Assembly: GCA_963809895.1 (NCBI GenBank)
Contig: CAWELD010000003.1
Coordinates: 3,296,001-3,360,000 of the forward strand
DNA from: an uncultured Gemmatimonadales bacterium
GTDB lineage: Bacteria > Gemmatimonadota > Gemmatimonadetes > Longimicrobiales > Gaopeijiaceae
Length of the DNA: 64,000 nt
Direction: 5' to 3'
In this document: positions 10,489 to 20,048 of the stretch, in pieces
Layout of the letters: the number at the start of each line of letters is the position of its first letter
Numbering within the stretch: position 1 is the stretch's first letter
Made by a program: the position numbers and the translations under genes
The notes under the pieces: generated by a model
Seen by the model: the letters and a program-made list of their open reading frames with translations, nothing else
Database searches by the model: none
What the model was told of the DNA's origin: nothing

Positions 10489-11667
10489 ATGAGCAGGTTG
10501 AGCATGGGGGCCGGCCTTCTCGCCCTGGCCCTCGCAGAACCAGCAAGTGGACAGGCAATCCGTTGTCTCGTGCCTTTCGAGGCATCCCCCACCTCGGCCG
10601 ACTGTGTCGTGCATCAGGTGGCTGGCTCGTCTTCGGTCGATATCGTTCTGGAAGTGCGGAATGCGGCGGGGCAACCGGCCACCGCGCGCCGCCGCGTGTG
10701 GGCAGACTGGTCCGCAGGTTCCCTCGACTACACCCGCCGCACCGGCCCAGGCGGCGTGGTTCGCGCCACGCTCTCGGGTTCGATCAAATCGGACGTGGAG
10801 GTCGTCTTCCATGCTGGCTCCGCAGTCCGCAAGATCATCGTGAAGCCGGCCCAGCCGGCAGCGACACCACTCGAGATCGTGAGCGGTGATAAGCAATACT
10901 GGTTTCAGGGCTTCGAGCTTCACGACCCTCTGGTCGTGAGGTTGACCGGCCTGTCCGACGAAAGCCAGTGCAAGAAGACGCCGGTGGCATTCCGTACGGT
11001 CGCCGGAGGAAAGATCATGGCGGACACCGTCTTCGGCGATCTGATCAACAAGGAGTGCCGAGCAGCGACCCGATGGACGCTCGACAACCGGGTCGGGTAC
11101 CAGGGTCTGCGGGCCGCGACCCCCGGAGATAAGAGCGGCGTGCTGTTCGAGGCGCGCTCGCGACGCCTTCCGAGGGTCTTTCTCGGCGCGTTCACGGGCT
11201 GGCGCCCGGGCTACGACAAACGGACGTCGAAGCCCGACACGGTCCTCGTCACCACCGACGCCGACGGGACCAAAGAGGTGACGAAGAGGATCGACAAGCA
11301 CTACGATGCAACGGACCAGGAGGCGGGACTCACCATCGACCCCGTGGTCGGCTTCGACTTTCCCCTCTGGTACAAGCTCGAGGCGTGGCGGGTGAGTGTG
11401 GGCGCGGCTGTAGACGATTTCGACCACGAGTGGTTCGTGGGTCTGTCGATCCTCCAGCCCACGCAGGGCTTCCTGCAGGAGGCCATGGGCATGGACCTGC
11501 ACTTCGCGCTGAAGATCCTCAAGCGGGACGAGGTCGTGGATCCGGATTCGTGTGCCGACAACACCTGCGTGACCAGGACCCGGACCCAGTTGGGGTTCGG
11601 GGTGATGGTGGTGACCGACGGGCTCGGGGTAGTCACGAATCTCATCAAGGCGCTGGGGGGAGGATGA
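10489..11667 (+). CDS. secreted protein with two Big-1/Ig-like domains and a C-terminal amphipathic beta-strand domain
   Basis: signal peptide ASG-Q; LEIVSGDKQ..L.DPLVVRL..PVAF..GG..RWTL Ig-like pattern; alternating hydrophobic strands at C-terminus. Confidence 0.65.
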   Translation: MSRLSMGAGLLALALAEPASGQAIRCLVPFEASPTSADCVVHQVAGSSSVDIVLEVRNAAGQPATARRRVWADWSAGSLDYTRRTGPGGVVRATLSGSIKSDVEVVFHAGSAVRKIIVKPAQPAATPLEIVSGDKQYWFQGFELHDPLVVRLTGLSDESQCKKTPVAFRTVAGGKIMADTVFGDLINKECRAATRWTLDNRVGYQGLRAATPGDKSGVLFEARSRRLPRVFLGAFTGWRPGYDKRTSKPDTVLVTTDADGTKEVTKRIDKHYDATDQEAGLTIDPVVGFDFPLWYKLEAWRVSVGAAVDDFDHEWFVGLSILQPTQGFLQEAMGMDLHFALKILKRDEVVDPDSCADNTCVTRTRTQLGFGVMVVTDGLGVVTNLIKALGGG

Positions 11668-12653
11668 GCGCTGTAGGTAGCCCCATGCGAAAGGCTCGCC
11701 GACGTTGGTCGCTGGCATCACTGACCGTCCTTTTCGTCCTTCCTTCGCCCGTGGTCGCGCAGTTCGCCGACCCGGGCACGGGCGAACTGCTCGGCTTCTC
11801 GGGAGCGGCCCACTTGTCCGGCGACCGGTACGTCATCGTCGTCGACACCAAGGACTTTCAGCCGGAGCGGAGGCTGGCGCTGCTCGGCATCGGCGCCGAC
11901 GACGTCACCTTCCAGACGCTGCCGGCCATCGACTGGAAAGATACGCGCGCAAAGGCGAGTGATCTGGAGGGCGTCTGTGCGGTGCCGGGCAAGCCGGGGG
12001 AGTTCCTGCTCACGGAGAGTGGATCGTGGCAGGGGAGGCCCGGGCGCATGTTTCGGGTATCGATCTCGGGGGATGCCGCGACAGTACAGGCGCACGTCGA
12101 TCTCCCGCTCATGGCTGACAACAATCTGAACACGGTGGGCGATCAGTACGAGGGCCTGGAGTGCGCGGCCGCGGGCGAGGACCGGGTGCTCGTGCTTCTC
12201 GGAGAGCGGGGCGGGAGTCCGGCGTATCCCCACGGACACATTCGCTGGGCTCACTACGACCTCTCCACCAACACCCTGACCTGGACCGACGCCGGACGGA
12301 CGGGCGTCGAAGTGGTCGCGCCGGGACAGTGGCTGCGGCCGTCCCACCGACACGTATCGGCCCTCTATCTCGACGACGGCGGGACGCTGTGGGCGTCTGC
12401 CACAGACGACGGTGGCGACACGGGTCCGTTCCGCTCGATCATCTATGCCGCTGCGGTGGTGTCTCCGACGAGTGCCGTCCCGGTGCGCCGCAACGAAGCG
12501 CCCAGCGTCGCATGGGAGGTGTCGGGATCCAAGATCGAGGGCCTGGCGCTGCCGCCGACCGTCTGGCGCTACGCCGTCATGCTGAGCGTGTCGGAAGACG
12601 AGCATCTGGGCGGCAGCGTTCAGGGGCTGGAGGCGGTGCTGCCGGGGCGCTGA
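11664..12653 (+). CDS. secreted beta-propeller, phytase-like/SdiA-regulated/DUF3616-like
   Basis: ATGA overlap; signal peptide VVA-Q; repeated acidic blade motifs SDLEGVC, YEGLEC, KIEGLAL. Confidence 0.6.
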   Translation: MSAVGSPMRKARRRWSLASLTVLFVLPSPVVAQFADPGTGELLGFSGAAHLSGDRYVIVVDTKDFQPERRLALLGIGADDVTFQTLPAIDWKDTRAKASDLEGVCAVPGKPGEFLLTESGSWQGRPGRMFRVSISGDAATVQAHVDLPLMADNNLNTVGDQYEGLECAAAGEDRVLVLLGERGGSPAYPHGHIRWAHYDLSTNTLTWTDAGRTGVEVVAPGQWLRPSHRHVSALYLDDGGTLWASATDDGGDTGPFRSIIYAAAVVSPTSAVPVRRNEAPSVAWEVSGSKIEGLALPPTVWRYAVMLSVSEDEHLGGSVQGLEAVLPGR

Positions 12654-12789
12654 GCAGTTGGCGCGCAGCGGTGGTGCCGCCCCCCGGCAGGTCGCGTTTC
12701 TTTCGCGGCATCCCGCAGCGGCGCATTGTGGGGTCGCACGCCCGGGGACACCGAGACCCCGAGCTGGCCCCGACCCTCTGGAGGTGCTC

Positions 12790-13428
12790 ATGCCCGGACA
12801 CCGACGGATCCTGCCTGTGCCGTACTTCGCCCAGCCGACGTCCATCACCTGTCAGTCCACCTGTCTGAAGATGTTCGCCAGCTACATCGAGTCGAACGTC
12901 CTCATGCAGAGCACGGGAGCCGGAGAGCGCGACATTCTGGACATCTGGAAAGACATCAACCGCGATCCGAAGCGTCCCCTGAAGATCCGGAACGCGCACG
13001 GAAACATGAAGTGGTGGCTGGAGAAGTACTTTCCGCGGCTGCGTTTCAGCTACACCACGCTCCATGACGAAACCCAGGCGAGCGCGGCCATCGTTCGCTT
13101 CATCGACGGCGGCTTTCCGGTGATGGTGAGCGTGAGCCATGCGCGGGTCGCAGGCCACATCATCCTGGTGGTGGGCTACGAGGGCTACCTGCCGAACGCC
13201 TCGTCACCCGACTTCCACCTCGTGGTCCACGACCCGTACGGCAAATTCGATCCGACTCTGACCTCGCGGATCTTCGGTCGGCGCCGGTTCGAGGGTGGCA
13301 GCTCGCTCGTGGCGGGCGGACAGATCGGTCCGGGCCAGTCCAACCGGGTGCCCGTGGGGAGCGCCGGACGTCAGCGTGCCGGCGACAAGCGTCGGGGAAC
13401 GTTCTACCTCATCTCGGCGCAGCGGTAG
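12790..13428 (+). CDS. C39-like (papain-fold) cysteine peptidase, no signal peptide
   Basis: LPVPYFAQ..TCQSTCLKM (Gln, Cys), GHIILVVGY (His), VHDPYG (Asp); GGAGGTG RBS. Confidence 0.85.
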   Translation: MPGHRRILPVPYFAQPTSITCQSTCLKMFASYIESNVLMQSTGAGERDILDIWKDINRDPKRPLKIRNAHGNMKWWLEKYFPRLRFSYTTLHDETQASAAIVRFIDGGFPVMVSVSHARVAGHIILVVGYEGYLPNASSPDFHLVVHDPYGKFDPTLTSRIFGRRRFEGGSSLVAGGQIGPGQSNRVPVGSAGRQRAGDKRRGTFYLISAQR

Positions 13429-13453
13429 GCGGTCGCCCGGTGCTGTCCCGACC

Positions 13454-13660
13454 GTGAACCGACCACGACGTCGAAGCGCGAAGCCCTTGATCCGCGGGGG
13501 GCTGATCGGTCGCGCCATCGTCAAGGTCACGTCGGGATTCATGGTCGGTGGCGCGCTGCTGGCCGCGGTCCTGGGAGAATGGCGCTCCGCCGGGGAGCTC
13601 GGCGTCATCGGAGTCGTGCTGATCGTGGCGCTGATCTGGGACCGACCCGGTCGCGGGTGA
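13454..13660 (+). CDS. small 2-TM hypothetical protein
   Basis: GTG start; two hydrophobic segments. Confidence 0.45.
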   Translation: MNRPRRRSAKPLIRGGLIGRAIVKVTSGFMVGGALLAAVLGEWRSAGELGVIGVVLIVALIWDRPGRG

Positions 13661-13724
13661 TCGGAGGTGCACCGCAACCCGATCTGAATCCCCCCTCTCC
13701 CACTCCGTTCAAACCTTTTTGCTT

Positions 13725-13737
13725 ACATTGTCGTCAT
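13725..13737 (+). promoter_or_regulatory. putative PadR operator half-site ACATTGTCGTCAT
   Basis: 11/13 identical to the inverted-repeat arm upstream of the second padR (36811-36823). Confidence 0.4.
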
Positions 13738-13759
13738 AGAAGTCAAAGGAGACGACGAC

Positions 13760-14092
13760 GTGAGCAACGACCCCTTCATCGGTGAGCTGGAGCAGATGCT
13801 CCTCCTGGCGATTCTGCGTCAGGGGGATCGGGCCTATGGCGCGGCCCTCATCCGCGAGCTGAAAGCCACCGCCGGGCGCCGCGTGGCCCGAGGCAGCGTC
13901 TACGTCACCCTGGACCGCATGGAGGCCAAGGGATGGCTGGAGTCCCGGGCATCCGAGCCCCGCCCGGAGCGCGGCGGGCGCCCCCGGCGCCTGCTCCGGG
14001 TCACACCCGAGGGGATCGCGGAGCTCCGGCGTTCCCGCGAGGCGCTCCTCAGCCTGTGGGACGGCGTGGAAGCCGTCCTGGAGGAGGGCTGA
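13760..14092 (+). CDS. PadR family transcriptional regulator
   Basis: IGELEQMLLLAIL..AYG..GSVYVTLDRMEAKGWL..GGRPRR..VTPEG. Confidence 0.93.
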   Translation: MSNDPFIGELEQMLLLAILRQGDRAYGAALIRELKATAGRRVARGSVYVTLDRMEAKGWLESRASEPRPERGGRPRRLLRVTPEGIAELRRSREALLSLWDGVEAVLEEG

Positions 14093-14260
14093 TGGGGCGG
14101 GACCACGATCCCGGTCCGCCGCGCTGGGCCGCGTCGTTGCTGCGAAGCGTCCTGACCCCCGGACTCTCGAGCGACGGAATCCTCGGGGATCTCCACGAGG
14201 AGTTTCTCGAACGTGCCGAGCGGTCGTTGACGCTGGCCCGCGTCTGGTATGCGACGGAAC
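14092..14260 (+). pseudogene. N-terminal remnant of an ADOP-type ABC permease
   Basis: TGATG-coupled to padR; PPRWAASLLR..ILGDLHEEF..ARVWY matches the start of the 37214 permease; homology ends at the repeat. Confidence 0.75.
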
Positions 14261-14345
14261 GTCTGCGGGCGTCGTCGGTGGAGTCGTGGCGAAGTGCCGC
14301 GAAGTCTGCGGGCGTCGTCGGTGGAGTCGTGGCGAGTGCCGCGAA
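14261..14345 (+). repeat. tandem direct duplication (43 + 42 bp)
   Basis: GTCTGCGGGCGTCGTCGGTGGAGTCGTGGCG(A)AGTGCCGCGAA twice, 1-nt indel. Confidence 0.9.
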
Positions 14346-14382
14346 TCGCGCAAGCGGGGCGCGCTGGCGGCTGCACGTCGCC

Positions 14383-14525
14383 CTGGCGGCGACTATTGTG
14401 GTCCGGGCTGCGAGCAGCGGCATCCCATTCCGCGCGTGGTCGGTTCGCGGCAATTATCCCCGCCGAGCCCGCACGGCTTCGACGGCGGGGGACGTTTGCG
14501 GGATTGACGGCGACAACAGGGTCGA
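14383..14525. repeat. palindromic repeat family I, locus A
   Basis: CTGGCGGCGACTATTGTGGTC..AATTATCCCCGCCGA (84 bp); forward arm recurs 121 bp later (TTGACGGCGACAACAGGGTC). Confidence 0.7.
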
Positions 14526-14570
14526 GCCAGGCCGCGGCGAGTGGCCCCGGAGGAGGATGGGAGGAACGCG

Positions 14571-15128
14571 ATGAGCCAGGACCTCAGAGACGTCGATCCT
14601 CGGTTCGGCATCGGGATGGGGATCCTGTCCCTGGCCGCAGGCGTCGTGATCATCCTGATCGCCCTGGACTGGATCCACGTCCCCCCGTCATCGATCCACG
14701 CCCCGCGCTGGGTGCTGGCGATCTGCGGTGGGGTGTTCGCGGTTCCCGGGGTCGCCATGCTCTACTACGGTATCGTCAACGGCTTCGGCGGCGAGGCGCG
14801 TCCACCAGGGGCCACGAGCCAGGACGGCTTCACCGTCGTCGGGTGGCTCGTGGGACTCGTGGTCATGTGCGGGGTGACGACGGTGGCATCGTGGATCGCC
14901 TTCGGCCCCGGAGAACGCACCTTCACCGGCGGAATCGGTGTCGGGGGCGTCGGCGTGGGTGGTCGCTCCTCGGGAACCGGAGGGCGCGTCGTCTTCGGCA
15001 TCGGTGCGGTGCTGACCGGAGTCCTCACGATCTGGGGGTTCATCTACGGAGTCCGCCGACTCTCGGGACGCCAGTCGGGCTCGAGCGGATCGGCGGAGCC
15101 CCGACAACGCGGAAGGCGCGGCGAATGA
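14571..15128 (+). CDS. hypothetical membrane protein (4 TM)
   Basis: GGAGGA RBS; hydrophobic helices. Confidence 0.75.
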   Translation: MSQDLRDVDPRFGIGMGILSLAAGVVIILIALDWIHVPPSSIHAPRWVLAICGGVFAVPGVAMLYYGIVNGFGGEARPPGATSQDGFTVVGWLVGLVVMCGVTTVASWIAFGPGERTFTGGIGVGGVGVGGRSSGTGGRVVFGIGAVLTGVLTIWGFIYGVRRLSGRQSGSSGSAEPRQRGRRGE

Positions 15129-15466
15129 AGTACCACCACCTCGGAATCCCCACGCAGGAACGGCGCGAGGGCGAGCGCTACCTCCCCCGGTTCGGCATGT
15201 ACGTCTCCGGATACGAGACGAGCGAGTACGGCATCGAGTGGATGCGCTTCGACCCCGACAGTCCGTTGCCGGAGCTCGTGAAGACCGTGCCCCACGTCGC
15301 CTTTCAGGTGGCGGACCTGGATGCGGCCATCGAGGGCAAGGAGATCCTCATCGAGCCCAACAGCCCCGCCGAGGGCACGCGGGTGGCGTTCGTGGTCGAG
15401 AACGGTGCGCCGGTGGAGTTCATCGAGATCGCGGAGGCGGACGCGAGCCGGGGCCTGAACCGGTGA
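15125..15466 (+). CDS. VOC/glyoxalase-like protein
   Basis: YHHLGIP..PHVAFQVADLDAA..VAFV..GAPVEFIE; ATGA overlap. Confidence 0.8.
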   Translation: MKYHHLGIPTQERREGERYLPRFGMYVSGYETSEYGIEWMRFDPDSPLPELVKTVPHVAFQVADLDAAIEGKEILIEPNSPAEGTRVAFVVENGAPVEFIEIAEADASRGLNR

Positions 15467-15579
15467 CCGTGGCGACGGTCTTCGCGCCGCCCGCTCCGAT
15501 GACGGCAACGGCGGCAGTGGCGTCGCGCCCCGGCACATCTCAGTCGGACCCTCGGCGCGGCGCCCGGTGTCCCACGAGC

Positions 15580-16026
15580 ATGCGCACGCGTTTCTCTCTC
15601 CTGATCGCCCTGCTTCTGGCATTGGCGCCGCAGCCGGCTCGCTCGCAGTCCATCCTCGACCTGCTGCGGAGCATCCAGCATGGCGGCGGCTGGGTGTCCA
15701 TCCCCATCGAGGCCGGCCACGGCACCTGGTCGAGCCAGGTGCTCCCGACCATGGAGCTTACGCTGGCCGGCTGCATGCAGGTCTATGCCGGGCACTCCGG
15801 CAGGTGGGATATCGTCGCCCGGGACTCCCTGGGCGACGGCCGCATGGAGGCGAAGGTCATCCCCGGAGAGAGGGTGCCGTTCAGCTACGAGACCGGCAAG
15901 CGAGCTCGGCTCACCCTCGACGCCCGTTGGAGCGAGTCCCGCGACACCACGCTCCTGCTTTGGGTGGGACTCCAGACCCCCGGCCGGAAACAGGACGTGT
16001 GTGAGCCGGTGTACGGGGGCGGGTGA
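15580..16026 (+). CDS. secreted hypothetical protein
   Basis: signal peptide ARS-Q; two Cys; beta-rich. Confidence 0.7.
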   Translation: MRTRFSLLIALLLALAPQPARSQSILDLLRSIQHGGGWVSIPIEAGHGTWSSQVLPTMELTLAGCMQVYAGHSGRWDIVARDSLGDGRMEAKVIPGERVPFSYETGKRARLTLDARWSESRDTTLLLWVGLQTPGRKQDVCEPVYGGG

Positions 16027-16147
16027 GACCCGGTCCCCACACCTCCAGGTGGCCCCTGGTTGGGGACCCGCAACTTCCGGCGCGCGGAGCGTGTCGGAGA
16101 GCATAGGGGCATCTGCGCCTCGAGCCGCGAGTTCTCGCGGGAGCCGC

Positions 16148-17188
16148 ATGAGTCGTCTCAGGTCCGTTATCGTTGCCCTGGTTGTGGCCTGTGGTGCCAC
16201 CGCACCGCCGGCACATGCCCAGACGCTGGAGCCGATCGGCCTCCTGCCTTCGGACGGCTCCGTGCTCGGCGAGGTCGGAGACATGGACGTGCTTCCTGAC
16301 GGTCGCATCGTGGTCATGGACGTCCAGGCCCACGCGGTGCTCGTGTATTCCCCCGCCGGCCAACTACTGCAGACGCTCGGCGGCGAAGGGCAGGGACCGG
16401 GCGAGATCGGGCTCAGCGTAGAAGTCGAGGTGGGCCCCACGGGTCGGATCATGGTGGCGGACGCGGGTAACGCACGCCTCACCCTCTGGAACTCCGATGG
16501 CACCCTGGTCGGGTCTCGGAGTCTCGATGGGCTCCTGGGTGGCACCCCCCGGTGGCCGCACGAGCTGGTCTGGCAGGACTCGCTCCTCCTGCTTCGGGTC
16601 GCGGCGTTCACGCCCGGGGCCCCCGCGGAGGTCTTCTCCCTCCCGCCCGACCTGGAAGGCGAGGCGCACCGCATCGCAACAGTGCCAACTGGGGACGGAG
16701 GCGTGACGTGCGACTTCTGTCCCATGGCCGTGGATCCAGGTGGCTCGCTCGTCTTCGCGAAGGGCGACACCGCCTACGTGATCCGCCGTCTGGACGCGGA
16801 TGGCACCGTCGTCCGGGAGTGGACCCGCGGCGACCTCCCGGCGGCCCGACGCAGCGCAGCCGAGCGCCAACGTCTCGACGCAGCCGCGCACCGCATCGCC
16901 GGCGCGGAGGGAGGAGCCGCTGGCACCGGGGACTTCTCGGAGTTCAAGACGAGGTTCAGTCCGCATGGCCTCGACTTCGATGACGCCGGCCGGCTCTGGG
17001 CACTGCCCCGGACCGAGGAAGGCGCGACCGCGAGCTTCGACGTGTTCTCGGCGTCGGGACCTCGTCTCGGAGCAGTCGACGTGGATGCACCCCTGGTGCG
17101 CTTCCGCATCCGGGGAACCCGGCTCATCGCCTCCAGCGAGAACGCCATGGGCGAGCCGGTGGTCCGAGTATTCGAGATTCGGGAGTAG
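16148..17188 (+). CDS. secreted 6-bladed beta-propeller (paralog 4)
   Basis: AHA-Q; GGEGQGPGEI; DDAGRLW; FDVFSASG. Confidence 0.85.
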   Translation: MSRLRSVIVALVVACGATAPPAHAQTLEPIGLLPSDGSVLGEVGDMDVLPDGRIVVMDVQAHAVLVYSPAGQLLQTLGGEGQGPGEIGLSVEVEVGPTGRIMVADAGNARLTLWNSDGTLVGSRSLDGLLGGTPRWPHELVWQDSLLLLRVAAFTPGAPAEVFSLPPDLEGEAHRIATVPTGDGGVTCDFCPMAVDPGGSLVFAKGDTAYVIRRLDADGTVVREWTRGDLPAARRSAAERQRLDAAAHRIAGAEGGAAGTGDFSEFKTRFSPHGLDFDDAGRLWALPRTEEGATASFDVFSASGPRLGAVDVDAPLVRFRIRGTRLIASSENAMGEPVVRVFEIRE

Positions 17189-17262
17189 CGAGCGTCACTC
17201 TGGTCCGCGCAGCGCGTATGTGCTCATTGTGAGGGTGGTATCCTCCCGGTTCCGGGACTGCA

Positions 17263-17718
17263 ATGAGACACACCACGCTAGCGACCTGCATCACTGTCCT
17301 TTCCCTCTGCGGCTGTGATCCCTTCACCGGCCCGACGGAGACGCGTGTGCTGGGCATAGTGGCGACGAGCGACGAGGGAATCGAGCTTCCCGAGCCCAAT
17401 CCCAACAGCTGGATTGTACAGGGGCGCGAAGTCAGAGTGGTGATCACGACCGTGGGCGCCTGCAAGGTGACGCGTGCAGACTGGCAGGTGACCCAACGCG
17501 AGGACTATCTCGGAGGCGGACTCGTGTTCATCCTGCCGTACGAATACCGGTCCACCAGTTGTCCGTCGTCTCCGGAGCGCTATCGCAGGGTTGCGCTCTT
17601 CACCGATACGCTCGACATCCGGTTCATGACGGCGCTGGAGGCAACCGTGCGCGTCGTCAGCGCGAACGGCTCCGTGTTCGACATGGCACTCGACTTCCTG
17701 CATCCAACCCAGCCCTGA
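17263..17718 (+). CDS. hypothetical lipoprotein
   Basis: lipobox LCGC-D; two further Cys. Confidence 0.65.
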   Translation: MRHTTLATCITVLSLCGCDPFTGPTETRVLGIVATSDEGIELPEPNPNSWIVQGREVRVVITTVGACKVTRADWQVTQREDYLGGGLVFILPYEYRSTSCPSSPERYRRVALFTDTLDIRFMTALEATVRVVSANGSVFDMALDFLHPTQP

Positions 17719-18068
17719 TGGCCAGCGCCGCCGCGCCCCTTCCCGAGCCTGCCGGATCGAAGCCGCGGGCCGAAGAATCGTCGACCCCCGACCTCCTGCT
17801 TCGACTCGAGGACATCGAGGACGAAGCGGCCGGGCAGGCCCGGGCACGCCGGAGCTGGAGCCGCTTCCTGGGCGTGAAGATCCCGATCTTCGGGGCGCTC
17901 CTGTACGTGTCGGGGCGCTACGATCTCCTGCCGATCGCGGCGCTCATGGTGCTGGGCGCGGGCTACGGCCTCGTGCGACGCTGGCTCCGGCTTCGTGCAC
18001 TGCGAGTGGAGCACGAGGAGGTGGTCAGGCGGCTGGAGGCGAGGGGGACGCGCAGGGACGATGGGTGA
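17718..18068 (+). CDS. small 2-TM protein
   Basis: TGATG overlap; two TM segments and a helical tail. Confidence 0.6.
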   Translation: MASAAAPLPEPAGSKPRAEESSTPDLLLRLEDIEDEAAGQARARRSWSRFLGVKIPIFGALLYVSGRYDLLPIAALMVLGAGYGLVRRWLRLRALRVEHEEVVRRLEARGTRRDDG

Positions 18069-18576
18069 CCCAAGGCACAGACGGCGCAACTTCCGGTGGC
18101 TTACGATGACGCTGCTCGTTGGCGTCCCTTCGACCACCATCTCGGCCTCCGCATCAGCTCAGGAGGCTCCCGCGGCGTCTCATGCTGCAACCGGTGCTCG
18201 TAGCTGCGTCATTCCCAGGATCCTGGGGAGCGCCGCGGGCTTGCTCGCGGGTGGATACCTCGGAGCGACGCTCGAGCGCGCCGCGTACGGATCGAATCCG
18301 GACGCTGGCCTCACCGGCGCGGCGGTGGGGGCCGTGTTCGGGGCAATCGTCGGAGACCAATTGGTGAAGCGTGCGTGCGCGAGACCCGCTCCCGCCTCCC
18401 CCGACCGACTTCCCGATCGCCAGTGTTACCTCGATCGGTCGTACGGCCGTTTGCCATGGCGCATCGTTTGGGACCCGGCGAAACGAGCCTTCGTCGAGAG
18501 CTCCTCTGGAACGGCTGGTGGCTCGCGGCCGCCGAGGTCACCCGGCAGAGAGAACTGCCGCCCCCTCACACAATAA
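18061..18576 (+). CDS. secreted glycine-zipper protein
   Basis: signal peptide ASA-Q; GSAAGLLAGGYLG and GAAVGAVFGAIVG. Confidence 0.55.
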   Translation: MGDPRHRRRNFRWLTMTLLVGVPSTTISASASAQEAPAASHAATGARSCVIPRILGSAAGLLAGGYLGATLERAAYGSNPDAGLTGAAVGAVFGAIVGDQLVKRACARPAPASPDRLPDRQCYLDRSYGRLPWRIVWDPAKRAFVESSSGTAGGSRPPRSPGRENCRPLTQ

Positions 18577-18592
18577 GGAGTGATCCAGGGCC

Positions 18593-19000
18593 ATGATCTT
18601 CGCACGGCGTGTCTTTCTGATCGCGGGTCTGTACGGCATCGCCTCACTGGCCCCCATGTACTTCCTCGAGGCCAGGCTGGGCCGAGACTTTCCGCCGCCG
18701 ATCAGCCATCCCGAGCACTACTACGGGTTCGTCGGGGTCGCTCTGGCGTGGCAGATCCTGTTCCTCGTACTCTCGCGCGATCCCGTCCGCTACCGCCCGA
18801 TGATGATCCCCGCGATCCTCGAGAAGCTCTCCTTCGGGATCGCGGTGTGGGTGCTCTTCGCTCAGGGCCGCCTCGCACCGCTCATGCTCGGCCCGGGATC
18901 CATTGACCTGGTGCTGGCGGTGTTCTTCGTGCTGGCGTTCTGGCGGACGCGGGCAGGAGCACCGTCACCAGGGCCCGGCGTCACGCGCCGAGCAACGTGA
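18593..19000 (+). CDS. conserved 4-TM hypothetical protein
   Basis: TAAGGAG upstream; VFLIAGLYG..HPEHYYGFVGVALAWQ..DPVRYRPMM..EK. Confidence 0.85.
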   Translation: MIFARRVFLIAGLYGIASLAPMYFLEARLGRDFPPPISHPEHYYGFVGVALAWQILFLVLSRDPVRYRPMMIPAILEKLSFGIAVWVLFAQGRLAPLMLGPGSIDLVLAVFFVLAFWRTRAGAPSPGPGVTRRAT

Positions 19001-19010
19001 ATCGCGAGCC

Positions 19011-19960
19011 ATGACTCCCCTGCACCCAGTCTCGCGGGTCGTCGCGGGCGCCCTCCTGTTGCTGGCCCTCTGGTTCGTCATCAAGGACAACCGTCCGCCG
19101 CCACCGGAAACCACCTTCACCAGGATCTACTACGCACCCGCAGAAGGCGCCCCTCCCGGTTGGGCTCCCGGTCCACTCTCGTCCGCCACACTCGTGGACA
19201 CGGCGGCAATGACGCCTCTCATCCACCTCGCCATCGCGAGGCGGCTCCTCGAGACCGAGCCGATCGCGACGATCGATCGGCCGCGCAGTCGTGCGCGTCC
19301 TCCCGAACGGGCTTCCAGACAGCATCCGTGTCTTCAGCGTCTACCACCTCGGTGACATCGACGAGTCGGTGGCCGCCGCGGATCTGGGCGAGATCCTGGC
19401 GCGGGGGCTCTATGAGCCTGGCGCACCCGGGCTCTATCGCATCCACGTCCGATATGCGGTCGAGTCGTCCGACCCGACTCTGGCCCGACAGGAGCAGTGC
19501 CCGCCACGGAGGCGATCCAAACGGCGATGGAGTGGGCCTGGGTCGAACTGCCGCCCAAGGTCTGGGCCATGGCGCCTCGCGCCGCCGGCTTGTGGACAGT
19601 CGACGGCGATACACTCTTCCTGCCAGACCGTCTGTCGGGAATGACCATCGCACACGACATGATCGGATCACCTCAGTGTGAAAGAGCACTTCGCAGGTGG
19701 CGTGATGGCGCGAGGTCCCGGTGGCTCGACTCCCTGAACGCTGCAGCGCCTGGCCCGTCCCCGAGGGGTTGGCCGTAGAGACGCTGCGAGCCTTCGCCGG
19801 AGAGGCGAGGTCACGGACGTTCCGGGTGAAGCTCGAGCTATATGCGCGCTCTCGTGCCAGGATTCGCGTGGGAATTCGCGACCACCGATGGACATACATG
19901 GCGAGTGATCTGCCTCCCCTCGCGACCTTGCGAAGCGCGTTTCACCATCGGACCGATCTA
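19011..19960 (+). CDS. membrane-anchored hypothetical protein with several frameshifts
   Basis: protein-like segments step through ORFs 18903, 19291, 19497 and 19721; end uncertain. Confidence 0.45.
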
Positions 19961-20048
19961 TTAACGCTGTGCCTCTGGCCTGGGCCGTCATCCTCTCGTC
20001 GGCGCCGTTCTCCACGCCCAATCCGAACACGACGTCGACCTCGAACGG

